Made by a program: the position numbers and the translations under genes. Of a stretch of 64,000 bases of DNA, positions 51,006-64,000 are shown piece after piece. Each line of letters begins with the position of its first letter. Within the stretch, counting starts at the first letter, position 1. The DNA comes from Callorhinchus milii (lineage: Eukaryota), in contig NW_024704757.1 of NCBI RefSeq assembly GCF_018977255.1, positions 7,874,001-7,938,000 on the forward strand, in the 5' to 3' direction. The notes under the pieces were generated by a model. The model was not told the DNA's origin and searched no databases. It saw only the letters and a program-made list of their open reading frames with translations.

Positions 51006-52470
51006 CTGAAAGGCAAAAATTACAGAGGCAAAGTTAGGAAGCAAAACTGAACCATGAACTGGAACCACAACTGGTCAGAAGATGTCTAACACTGCACTGC
51101 AAATTTCATAAAGTAATTGCTGAGCACGTAAGATCTCTATTATCATTGTGAGTCCTGTAGTTCAGTTGTTAGAGCAACCTAGGTTCGATTCCCGGCAGGT
51201 CGAGACCTTCGACAAGTTTCCTTACTCCACGCGCCTGATAATAAACCCTCAAGAAAACCCCCCCAATAATAAATTGGTCACTTCAATCCACGACTGTTTG
51301 TGGGACGCTGCGGTGCGCAATTGGCTGCCGCATTTTGCCCACAACTATACAGTCAATTCACTTTACAGTATATTCTGTGAAGCGCTTTGAGACGTCTAGA
51401 ATACCTGAAAAGCGCAATATCAAATGCAAGGATTATTATTATATATTAATCTTAATTGGGACATTATCTTTACATCAATCTTTTTAAAGCAAGAAGACAT
51501 TTGACAAAACCAGAAAGCCCAGAAAGTAAAAGTATGATTGATAAGGAGGAAAAGTAGAGATCCATTACTGTGAAGCGCTCTGAGACACTGTCCGGCATGT
51601 AGGGTGCTATATAAATCCAAGTTGTTGTTGTTGTTAATGGGCTGAATGGCCGACACCTGTTCCTATGCTAGCAATTTTAAACATGTACCATTACTCCCCT
51701 TCCCTCCCACTCCCCCCAAAATCTTTTCCTTTCTCCACTTTCTCTTTCACTGAGCTGAAGAACTATTTATAAGAAAGGAAACTAGACACTATAGAAATTC
51801 TAATACCAGGTTAGCTCAGTGCTGATTGGAATGAAAACACAGTGATGTAATGCTCTGTAAAAGTAAAACATGGCAATAGGATGCAAGCCCACCATGACCT
51901 TTACAAGAATTCTATCTTTTAAACATTTCAAAAGATAAGGTTGTCATTTAGGAGCCAATCGTGGTCAGATTTTCCTGGCAAGAATCTACATTTCCAAGCA
52001 GCACTCCATCTTCAGCAGCATCTTAGCTCAGGACTGACTGAACTCACCTAAACTATAATTTTTTTCTGCATCAGTTTGGTATGTTGGTTTAAAACAGGAC
52101 AGTCCCATTATAACACACAAAAAAATCTCAGATGCTGCATAATAACGGAGCATGAAAATGAGGCAGGCTTCAGGGCTATCAACTGCTGATGTCATTTCCT
52201 GCGCTATAATAATCATAATAATCTTTGCATTTGATATCAGGTCGTTCAGACATCTGAAAGTGTTGCACAGGATACACTGTAAAGTGGATTGACTGTGTAT
52301 TTTGTTAGCGAATCCCGGCAGCCAATTGCGCACAGCAGTGTTCACTTTTAAGTTACTACATATAAGTCGCTGTTCTGAACGCTGCATTTCCAACATCAAT
52401 ATGAACATTTTCAGAGCATTGTAACTATAGATGCATTACAGTTCAGACAGGATACAAGGCAGATACGTAC

Positions 52471-52703
52471 GTTCTGAACGATGAGTGGCTCTTCATCCAT
52501 ACAAGACCGATATAAGGTGCTGAGCAACAACTCCATGTGCTGGGTGATATGATCCTCAGCATGCAGCAACAGAATAATCAGGAGCTGGGATGCTTTAACT
52601 CTTGTCCCCACAACCCAGTCAGTTATGTCTCGGCTAATTGCTGGCAAAAGTCTGTACAAGTTCCGAAATACAAGCTCTCGACACCCAAGCTCAGGACGTT
52701 TTT
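52471..52703 (-). CDS. DNAAF5: DNAAF5/HEATR2 coding exon (approx. exon 5; numbering inferred from the 13-exon human gene)
   Basis: Translates (E)[77 protein letters not shown], matching remembered human DNAAF5 ([14 protein letters not shown]...[12 protein letters not shown]). ctcag acceptor, gtacgt donor, 233 bp. Confidence 0.95.
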
Positions 52704-55700
52704 CTGAGGGACAAAACACAGGAAGAGAGTCTATGAGATAAATAAGCAACATTTCTAGAATTCTAGAGTTTCCAAGTGTGGACAGCACAAAAGGAAAAAT
52801 GGTGACGACCACCTACTTTCACTTTTCTAAGAAGAAACATGGGATATAAAAATCAGTGTGCTATGTTTCACAGGGACGACTATAAACACATAGTAGAAAG
52901 CAGTGTTAAGCCCTACATTCACATCTCAGTAAAATTTTATGAAGTGAATGTACAGATGCTACACTGATGTAACTATTCAGGTCCTATACAGTTAGTATGA
53001 ACAAGGACATATATAATTCTTGCATTTGATACAGTGCCTTGTTGCTTAAAACATCACAAAGTGCTTCTCAGCAGTTTCTGTGAAGTTGTAGGATAGTGAT
53101 TGTGTATTTGTAGGTGAACTTGGTTGCCAATTTGCTCACTGCAATGTCCCACAAACAGCCAGGTGGTGAATGACCAATTTAAGTGGAGCATTGCTGGCGA
53201 CACCAAGAGAAACCCCCTTCTCATTTTGAATCGTGTCATGGGATCTTTACGTCCACCTGAATAGGCAGGCAGGACCTCGGTTTAAAGTCTCATCCAAAAG
53301 ATGTGCCTCCAACACTGGATCACAAATTCAAAGTCTCCGACACTGGACTTAAGCCCACAACCTTCTGATCCAGAGACACAAGTGGTAAAACATACAGGTA
53401 GTAAGAATGACTAATAAAGCTCATATTATTAAAGGCAATGTCAACTCTCATTAGAAATGGAATTTAAAATGGCTTTCTGTGATTGGTGTACAAAGACACC
53501 TAAATCCCGCTGAATACTAACAATATCTAGTCTCTTCCCCTCTAGAAAATAATCTACTTTTCTATTTTTTCTACCTAGGTGAATAACTTCCCACTTCCCA
53601 CATTATGCTCCACCCGCCACCTTCTTGCCCACTCACTTAACCTGTCTTTGCATCCTCCTTGTGTCCTCCTCACAGGTTACTTTCCCACCTAGCTTTGTAT
53701 CATCTGTGAATTTAGATACATTAAGCTCTATTTCCTCATCTAAGTCATTGATGTAAAGGTAATAAATAAACTGTTGTACTGTATAATTATGCATCAATAG
53801 CAAAGGGATAGGTACTGATCAGTGCTTGAAAGACAGATATGAAAAAAACACTCCCCTTTTGTTCCAAGGCAGATTTTCAGATTCTGACCATTCTTTTAAA
53901 TATTCCCTTTCAGTCCACCAGTTCAGCCATTTGCCTTCTGGCTACCTGTTATCAAAGACTGTAGCTATTAATGGTTTGCACCTGTATCTTACTGCAATTG
54001 CTGTTCTGCTGGATGAGAAATCATTCCATTTCATGGCTAGAACTAAGCACTGAGGCGGACTTCAGCTTTCCTCTAACCTTCCTCAGCTGTCACCCTGATC
54101 AAAGAATGGGGAGGTTAGAATGCCAGGTTCATTAACTTGAAAGCAGGGCACAATGGTCAACTAAGAATTATTAAAAGCCAAGAGCTGCCCTGAGGTTCAA
54201 AATAATCTTTTACTTTGAGCTATACTAGGTCAAACACCTATATTCCCTGTTATTTATCCAACAGACACACATATTACCGCAGTAAACTAATATGCCACAT
54301 CAAAACACATTATTCAACTGTAAAAAGCACTTACAACATTCTTAGCAACAAAACCTTCAATTTAATTGTGCCTCAAAGGAAAATAAATGCCAAAAAGTCA
54401 TAAATATCTAGATCAAGAAGATTTAATCAACCCTAAGTGGTGAAATATTGGAAAGACCTCAATCACAGTTAATTTAAAAGCAACCCTAAAGATGTGAAAA
54501 ATGATCTAAAAACGGCTTCCCTTCTGTCTTCAGAGGGCATGTCAAATGTGTCCTTAAAGATCTTAGATAAGTTGGAGTCACACTTTAAAAATGGATTTCT
54601 ACTTAATAACTGTGCTCTGAAGAAATGCCCTTTGCATCGGCTAAACAGTGCACCTTCAGCAAACATAATCTAATGAGTTGATAGTTTAAATAAATTATAA
54701 TTTATGAGTGTCATTATATCCATTTTTGTGCTTAATTCATTTTAAAACTGTTTGGATGATTGAGTATTTCTTTCACAGATGCTAACTTTATTTGGAAAAT
54801 ATTCTCTAAATGTAACTAACAAGTTAACTTACAAGTTGTATTTGCTTTTGCCCAACCCCTTAACTGTATATTTGCTCCAGAGATCTGGGCTTTCACAATG
54901 TCTTCAATGACTGGCTGTGAGTTGTAGAACGCATAATGGACACATATTGTCATGAACACTACGAGAAGCAGCTGCAGAAATTTTATCCCCTGGATCTTAA
55001 AATATCAGAATACGTAGAGCATTCCTACTCAATGTTAAGTAAATCTTTACCTGAAGTAAATATACCAGATGGTAGTGCCATCACAAAGGAAACGTTCCTG
55101 TCACAGGATAATACTGCATCTTCATAAGTGAGGTTCAGGGAACACCATTGAAGCATTGATTTAGCCATTCCTGTTAGTATTGTACTTGTGCAGCGCCTTG
55201 GGACGTCCTCCTGACGTGAAAGGCGCTCTATAAGTGGAATCTTGTTGTTGTTGTTGTTGTGTGCACTGGGAGCAATCTTTGTAATTGGGTCAGGAAATTG
55301 AGAGTTCGAACCCCACAGCAGGTCTAAGCCTCATATACTGGCAGTGATGCTCCAGTGCAGTATTAAGCAAGTACTACATTGTTACAGATGACATCTCTTG
55401 GAATGAAAAGTTAAACCAAGGCTCTGTTTGCCATTTCAGTTGGGTGTTAAAGATTCCATGCCACTAAAATTGAAAAATTGTCTGAGCCAATATTCTTCCC
55501 TTATCCAAATTCATAAAAGAAACTTTTATAAAAGTGGTCAATCATTCATTGGTGTTAATAGGATGTTGGTGGCACAGATGAACTGCTGCCTTCGTCTGCA
55601 TAATACTTCAAGAGTCACTCAATGTATGAAGCATTTTGATATTTTGAGACATTTTGGTACGATATTAGATATTAAAAGTATTTTTAGCATTAAAAGGTCA

Positions 55701-55894
55701 GTATTCATTAGCTTTTGTGAAATATTGTTTCATAAACCCCTGGTTCTCTAATGAGTCAGGATGTGGTGTCAGGGAATAGTGGGGTTAACAAAAAAGGTGC
55801 GTCCCACTTTTCTTGCATTGATGCTAGGCAGACGTGATACAATGGTACAATTTGTCAAACACTACTTCATGAAAATAGTACTCATTGCTTCCTA

Positions 55895-56305
55895 ATGATG
55901 ATCTTTGCATTTGATATAGCACCTTATGTTCAGAGGATGTCTCAAAGCGCTTCACAGGATGTAAAGTGGTGTGACTGTATAGGTTTTGGGTGAATGCGCC
56001 AAATAATTTATACACAGCAATGTCCCACAAACAGCCATGAAGCCAATTTTTTCTGGGGGACAGAGGGAGAAATTCCCTTCTTTTTTTGAATGGTGCCATG
56101 GTATCTTTTAACATACCATCAGGAGACATGGGACCTCAGTTAAAACGTCTCATTTAAAGGAGGCACCTCTGACGGTGCAGCACACCACCAGCACTACATT
56201 GCAGTGCTAGCATAGACTACATGGGTTCCAAGTCCCCACTTGGGGCTTGAACCTACAACCTTCTGATTCAGAGGCGAGAGCGTTACAATTGAACCAGGCT
56301 GACAC
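55895..56305 (-). mobile_element. Second, older Deu-SINE family (SacSINE1/AmnSINE1-like)
   Basis: gtgtcagcc..gctcag..ctctcgcctctgaatcagaaggttgt.ggttcaagccccac head and atgagacgttaaactgaggtc body plus Deu core. Relatives at ~7096-7290, 10840-11250, 18200-18535, 31080-31340, 38690-39080, 53020-53390, 55300-55650, 59030-59330. Confidence 0.7.
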
Positions 56306-59300
56306 TCAAATGCAATGTTTATACATTTCAAATTGATGTTATTATTATAGTATCTTTCACCCACAAATATACAGTCAATTCACTTTACAATGTCTTCTGT
56401 GAAGCGCTTTGGGACGTCCTCCCGACGTGAAAAGCGCTATATCAAATGCAAGGATTATTATTATTATTATCTTTCACAGCTGCATACGATTCAGTAAAAC
56501 ACATTTGAGTGGAGTTGCACATTAACATATGTAAGCAGTGAGTTACTTTTGGGCAGGAGCATACATATCAGTTCCTGCCCAGATACACATCTGCAAGAAT
56601 CTGCTTGCACAAACCTAATGACTAAACAGAATCAAGAGGTGGCTCACACCAAGCGGAGGTTGCAGTGGAAGTGTAGTGTAGTGTTATAAGTGAACACTGC
56701 GACCATTAGTGCCATTAAGGTTCCTCCCACACAGCCAAGAGGTAAACTAATCTGGAGGATCATGCTATTTATCTAGTTATCCAAATTAGCGTAAAACACT
56801 GCCTTTGGATGAGGCAATGTTGGACCACATCAGCACTCAACTCAAAATGCATTGCTCAGATGGAGAATTTTGTAGCTGAAAGAGGCAGTTTCTTTTTGCC
56901 CACGTTCACCATCCTATGGGGACTCTCATCTGCACAAAGGAGATGACACAAAGGTGTGAAAGCTCAGGTTCTGGCACCTAAAGAAACATTTACAGTAACA
57001 GGAGTGTTGTGTACTTAGTCTGGAATATTTTCCCATAATAGTGTCAAGAGTCTTAAGTTAGAATAAACGTTTGACAACCACTGAAGCTTCAGTAGGAAAT
57101 GGATTATTTACCCAATCCTAGAAGAACGCCAACATAAAGGAGAAAAGAGGAATTCTTGGAGCAAGCCACTCTTCAGTCTGCAGTTTTCCTTAGCTTAATC
57201 CAAAAACAATCCAATGGAAAAACTGCCTTTGAAATTATTACTGTCCTCCATTGAGCCAGTGTCGAGAATCAGCAGAGGATAGAGAAGAGCAGGTTTCTTG
57301 TCAAACAAAACCACCTCTAAAGCTCACTCAAACCTCAATTTAGCCACAAGTTTTCATTGCCAATGCTCCAAATTTTTGACTTGGTGTCTAAAATTTCGCA
57401 CCCAGCTGCTACTCGCTCATTATTTTAATTCACAGTAGCATGTAATGCTCCATAAAAATGTTTAAAAGCAATGGGCGGAGGGGAGGGGGGGGGCAATTTT
57501 TTTTCTCCCAAATCTTATTTGTTAAAAATCAAAGTACTCTGAAGGAAAATTAACTCCAAGCAAAATTAACTACAAACTGGCTGACACTTTGCCTGAAAGT
57601 GCTTTTCAGGCAGTGCATAGTCTAAAATGTATTACATTTATATTTGAATTACACCTGGGAAGAGAGATTCATATCTGCTGCTCATATGTTGCATTGAATG
57701 GTGTCTGAGCATGCTCAATGGCTAACTTGTTTTGTGATATTACAAGTAGTGGATCCAGCAAATCACCCAAGAACTTACAGGTGACTATTTTTGAGTGGGG
57801 GCATTTGTACCACAGCGAAGGATGCAAAGGATGTTTTTGTGAAACCCTTCCTCAAGGTGCTCACTGACTCTGTTCCGTGGTTGTGCCACAGCTCAAGCCA
57901 GATTTATACTGCGTTTCTCATGGCAATATCATTGCTGCAATTCGCCATAAACAAACCCTGTAAAAACTAGCTATTACCTGGTTGACAAGAAAAATAGCAA
58001 ATATTGTTAACAGTCAGTTGAAATCTTTTAAAAATTGGGCATTTTGTAAAATTAAGTTTGAGCAAAGCAAAGCTGCACTCCCGCTACCAGGAGGCTGGGA
58101 AGCAGACAGCTGTAAGCGTCTATCCACCTGCAGTCTGACCACATGCTGCATTCCATAGGCAGCATGTGGGACAGTGACAGACATAACAAGACTCATCATA
58201 ACATAGGTCATTTCAGCACACTTCTTTGACTTTTTAAAAACTTAAAAATAACTAGTTAAAGCTCTTCCAAGGTCAGCTCTGTTTTCAAAATGAATAATAA
58301 ATCTTCCTAAATTATTTGACCTTGGTGTAAGTCCGTGATATATATACACTTTTTTAAGCTTATCGGAGAGGATAGTGTGGTGAGGAAAGGCATCTTGAAT
58401 TTCAAGGCAGCTAAATTCAGAAGAAAAAATAAATAGATAACACATTTTGCCTTCCACCCTCCCTGCTCCCAACCCGCAACCCCGCTTGGGTCCTAATCCC
58501 CGACTGTTCAGTGCCTCGGGACGTCCTCCTGATGTAAAAGGCCCTTTACAAATGTAATTTTGTATTGCATTGTATTCACGTAAATCTATATTTAGTACTA
58601 CGTCATTAGTATTCTCTAATGGTATTCTCATTGTTGGACTCCTGCCGGTTACTCAGTAATCAGCCACCAAGAGGTGCTACAGAGCAGCCTGAAGCAACAT
58701 CTAAATTTCCTTGCTTTGTTTTTGAGGCTGGAATGGAAAAGCACCTGAGTGATAATTCTTACCTAACACAGTGCTTTGAAAGCTCTCCATATTGGGATTC
58801 ACAGGCATTAAATGTGAAAAACTCCATTCCATTTCTTATTTTTACCGTAACCACAAATAGTTGAGATGGATTTCACTGGAGCATTTCCATTTTCATAAGA
58901 ATGTGATCTAGGGTTAAACACATTCACTGATGTTTTTCTTTTTTGCACAAAAGTTTCTGAGATGCCAAATATCTTGTGACAGAATGCTGGTCAGTTAAAA
59001 ACAGAATGAACGACTTGTATTTTTACAGTTTAAATATCTTACAGCGTTTCACAAATAATTACTGCGAAGTGTAGCGATTGAGCGACTGTTTTAAAGATAT
59101 TTGCACCATCAAATGACCCACATGAAATAAATGACAATTAATCTGGAGGATACAGGGAGTAACTCTTTCCTGTTTTGAATAGTGTAGCATGATCTTTAAA
59201 TTTCGCCTGAATAAATTGCTAAAACCTTGATTTAATTTCTCATCTGAAACATGACACCTCCAACAGTGCTCCACTGGAGTTTCAGGCTGGAGTTCACCCC

Positions 59301-61797
59301 AACTTGGGGCTTGAATTTACAACCTTTGGCACATTAACAATATCATGACTTTGTCACTGGGCATTACTACTAAACACTTCACAGTTAAGTACAATCAAGA
59401 AGATGTCTACACTGTCAGAAAAACTCACAACTTGCTCTTGGATCAAGATACAGGAATCTTAAAACTTGTACTAATTGACAGACATCTTTCACTGGAACAA
59501 TTTCCCCCAAACAAACAAGGATTTTTGAGGCAGATGTGTCTGAGGGATTATCTTTGCTACTGGAGAATCTGTATTTAATGGTCACTCATGCAGAAATCGT
59601 GAATGAACACGTTAGTATGAACTTTAGCAGGGTGTAGGGTGTAGGCCTGGGGAACTCAAACTGGTTTTAGTCTAATCTCCTTTCTGTGCAGAAACATGTT
59701 TAGGCTGTTCAAAAGAATAGCTTTTAAAAGGATTGTTTTGACATAACATGTGCACATATTAATTTCTTCTTTATAAAACCACATGGGAAATAGTCAAATC
59801 TTTCTCTATTCAGCAAAGGCTCAATGAGACATGCAGATGTTTTAGGAAATTATTTCTGTTTTAAACAGCATACCTCTAGATGGGACTTCTTTTTAAAAGT
59901 GTAAAGCTACAATACAAGTATATGGGTATAAATAGTATATAGCCCAAACCTTGTCTGAATGCACGCAGCTTTACTGGATTGGAGAATAAATTCAAACTTT
60001 TTCACAAAAAGAAAAGTGGGACATCAATTCTTTCAAGTAGTGTACTTAATAGACAAAGGATGATGACTGGAATTTCCCCACACCACAAATTGGACTTTTC
60101 CTTTACATTTATTTAAGATGGAAAGTCATGCCCAGAATCAACAATCTGAGTCTCTGCATCTAAGCTGGCATGTTGGAGAGAGGAGCAAAACTGGATAGGG
60201 GTGAGGAATAGGAGGGAAAAAAAATCTAAAACAAAATCAATTCATGCTGCTTTCACACACACAGCCATCTCAGAAGCTTTAGAGAAAGCCTGGGAACAGA
60301 TTCACTCCTACCCACTCAGCCTTGGCAGCAGACAGCATCATGCATTTCACTGCAACAATTTCAAAAGAATGTGGCCTTGGGGTTGCGAAGCTCTCTGAAG
60401 TCTGCTGCATACCCAAAATACTTTGAAGAGATTGAGGTGACAAGCAACTGTCCACTGGTAAGTTTTGAAGTATAACATAAATCTGGGCAGGTGGGGCTTT
60501 AAAACGGAACCTATCGTACCTTAAGACCCACCTTTAGGACGACTCCACATTCAATAAAAAAACTTCAGCGCCTTGGGACATTCTCCCAACGTGAAAGACG
60601 TTTTATAAATATAATTTGTTGTTGTTGACAATTGAGGGGACATGGGCTAACCCTGGAATGGAAAAGTTTAAAGAGAGGAAATAAACTAAACTTCTATTTT
60701 AAGAATCTGGATTATGTGATGAATAAAATGTAGAATATTGACAAGATCAGGCACAACAGGAACATATACAGTTAGGGCTTAAGAGTATATACCCTAAACT
60801 GTTTCATGCGTGTACTTTGTCATATTTACTGGACTCAGTAGACAACAGGAATTTCACCATCTTAGTATGCTGAAGCAGAACTTTTATGTTGTGGAAGCAC
60901 AAAGCATGTACTCACATAATATTTGCCTGCCTTTGATATGCAGAAGCAATTAGTCAGTAATGATCCCTTCATATGTACACAGATCTCAATAAAACTTTGT
61001 ATTAATTTACTTTAGAGGAGCAGACTGATAGTGATGTGGAGCACAGGCAATTTCCACTCTTAAAATCAGTGTTGATGAGACCTATATGCTTAAAGCTTAA
61101 ATAATTGATGGCACGGCTTTTTTTCTTTACAGGATGGTTATTGATTGGAAAAACTTGCAACTAAAGCTGAATTTTACAAGAAAAAAATTAATTGGTGTAT
61201 AAACAGGTTATGTATACCTATCCCACTGACAGCAATAATTCAGTGGTAGATCTATGCTATAGTGAAGCTAAGAAAACCTGGAATGGAGGGGGAAAAGAAA
61301 ACCTACAGGCTGCTCCTGTGCACCTTTGGGGGCTAATCGCAAACATCTCATGTAATTGGCAAAGTCTGGAAACAGGTCACGTGATCACTCTCTTAGCTGC
61401 AAAGTACATTACCTGAGGAGAAAGTTTTAAATGTAATGCGGGGGGGGGGGGGGGGGGGTGGGAGTGTGGAGGGAGAAAGACAAACAATGAGATTTGTAGC
61501 TAAATAACTATCTGATACATACAGAAAAGAAAATTTTAGACATGTGATTTTAATTTACCTAAATCAAATCTTTATTCTGTTGCAAAATTCTATCAGATAG
61601 ACAGAAATAAAAAAATATAATCAGACAGACAGAAAATGAAAATTATAATCCCAAACACAGAGCAACCCTAAGAAATCAAAATTAAGCAAAACGGTGCTGT
61701 TAAGGATCAAAGTCAAAGAAAACACTACAATGCTTGCAATTTCAAACAGGGAAAGTGTTGTCCAATATGTGTGGGTTCAACAACACACAATTTTCCT

Positions 61798-62975
61798 TTA
61801 CAACAACATCAAAATTGCATTTGTATTTCATGTCGGGAGGACGTCCCAAGGCACTGGACAGACAGAGTTACGAACCCGAGCTGGGGGTCGGGGTGGGGCA
61901 GGGTGAAGTGTGGGGGGGGAAGCGGGGAGATCAAAAGCACTGTCGAAGAAGAGGGGCTTGAGGTAGGTCTTGAAGGTTGCGAGGAAGGGGGCGAGTTGGA
62001 GGGACTGCAGGATGGAGTTCCAGAGGGTGGGTGCAGAGTGGCGGAAAGCCCACCCGTCAATAGTGGTGTGAGCAAGGCAAGGGGTCGTGAAGCACACGGA
62101 GCCCACTGAGCGGAGGGAGCGAACAGGGTGGTAGGGGGTTAGGAGGTCGGAGAGGTAGGGGGAGCAAAACCGTGGAGGGCTTTGAAGGCGAGGAACAGGA
62201 TCTTGAACTGTCTCCTCTGTGTGATGGGAAGCCAGTGGAGTTGGGCAAAGATGGGGGTGATAGGATCATGGAGCCTAGTGCGGGAGAGGACACGGGCTGC
62301 AGAGTTCTGGATGATCTGCAGCCTGTGGAGGGAGGAGTTGGGGAGGCCGACAAGCAGTGAGTTGCATAGTCGAGCCTCGATGTGGGCTAGAAAGTATAGT
62401 TGAGGGTCAAACAAGACCCTAAGGTTCCGCACTGGCTTAGCAAGGTGGAGTGTGCAACCATGGATGGTGATGCTGTCAGCGCCTGAGGTGAGGAGGCGCT
62501 GACGGGAGGCAATCAGGAGAGCCTCGGTCTTGTTGACGTTCAACTGAAGAAAGTTAGCTCTCATCCAGGACTCGATGGCTGACAGACATTCTGTCAGGAT
62601 AGCATTGGTCCTGGAGTCAATCGTGGAGGCAGAGATGTAGAGTTGGGTATCATCTGTATACATATGGAAGTTGAACCCATGTCTGCGGATGATGTCACCA
62701 AGAGGGAGCATATAGATATTGATGAGGAGGGGACCAAGGACAGAGCCCTGAGGAACGTCGCAAAACATGGTCTGGGGGCTAGAGGAGAAGCCGTTTGAGG
62801 AGATGAAGTGCAGGAGGTTTGATCTGAACCAATCAAGGACAGCGACGTGGAGTTTGAGGTGAGAGGAGAGGCGGTGGATGAGGATAGAGTGGTCGATGGT
62901 GTCGAAAGCAGCAGAGAGGTCAAGGAGGACGAGGAGGCAGAGGGAACTCTGGTCGCAGATGGACAGAATGTCTTT
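61798..62975 (-). mobile_element. L2-clade LINE, 5'-truncated
   Basis: ORF 62139-63053 contains [43 protein letters not shown]; 3' UTR and tail. Confidence 0.95.
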
Positions 62976-64000
62976 ACTGTTGTGAAAATCAGTGCAACAA
63001 TACAAGTTCATATGAATGATATAGTAACTGGCAGCAAGTAAAAGCAGATACAAAACTCATCCATTATTGAGTATATTACTTTTAAATCCAATCTCAACCA
63101 TCCACTTTGTGATCATATTGAAGAGTCCATTTCTGGACTAATTTTTTGCACATCATGCAAGATCTAATGGTCAAAGTGGAGGTCAGCACTTCCAGTTTCA
63201 GTGCTCTACGCTGCAATATCCTATGCTCCAAGCAGGCCATGCATTGATAATTTGCTGCTGAAGTAATATCAATGCTGTGAAATCTACCAGTGACCTTGTC
63301 ACCACTCCTTTGACTTAAGTGCCTGCACATGTTCTCTCTTCAAATTTCTTTCTCATGACATAAAGAAAACACAGGCCACATTAAACACTCATGAATTTGT
63401 AGATGTGGATCACAAACTTATATTTCCGTCCTCTCCTTCATACACATAGAATCATAGAATTATACAGCACAGAAGGAGGCCATTCGACCCATTGTGTCTG
63501 TGCCGGCTCTTTGAAAAGAGCTATCCAAATCAATCCCACTCCCCCGCGTTCTTCCCGTAGCCCTGCAAACCCAAATAATTATCTAGACACATACACCTAA
63601 ATGCTGGAGTTTGTGAGTTCTTTCAAGATTAGGAATGTAATCTTCCATGACAAAAGCTCAAATCTACAGAGATCATTAGCTGAAAGAGAGGTTTTAGCAG
63701 TCTGGGTAGAAAAACATTTAAATCCTGGACTAGGATCAGACATTTAATGGGGACTGACAGACACTTTCATGGATTGAGAAATGAAGCGAATGCTAATGCA
63801 AGTTCCAGCTTATGGGAGGAGAAATGATTACTAGGTACACCCTGAACAAGCAATTACACATGTTGTCCTCCCAATATTAACCTAAAAATCAAACTGGCAC
63901 ATCACATTGTCTTTAAGCAGGATCAATCCAAACAAGATGAATCCAAACATAATTTCTAAAAACAATGAAAAATATTGCCACCTCAAGTCCACAAAAAGTG

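Noticed and set aside
52704-64000. Upstream DNAAF5 exons (approx. 1-4)
   Set aside because: Searched by eye for the ENEEDLKDK-type exon and found none; probably beyond the window, although a missed small exon cannot be excluded.

Overview
Eukaryotic (vertebrate) genomic DNA. The repeat content (L2/CR1 LINEs, Deu-domain tRNA-SINEs, Penelope remnants) suggests a cartilaginous fish, but this is an inference. The right two-thirds hold the 3' nine coding exons of DNAAF5/HEATR2 on the minus strand (52703 to 23117). All splice phases join, except an apparent 1-nt frame defect at the start of the last exon. A CpG island at ~9.0-10.2 kb has a minus-strand splice donor and is probably the promoter/first exon of the next gene (SUN1 by human synteny; no SUN1 coding sequence seen). 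Between the two, on the plus strand (15279-20692), I read a candidate unrecognised multi-exon gene: a signal-peptide exon in a CpG-retaining patch, small in-phase exons, and a terminal exon ending in KTEL-stop followed by AATAAA. This is the most interesting signal, but it was assembled by eye and is unverified. The rest is intronic/intergenic DNA dense in degraded retroelements, including Penelope terminal repeats with hammerhead-ribozyme-like cores. Repeat boundaries are approximate.
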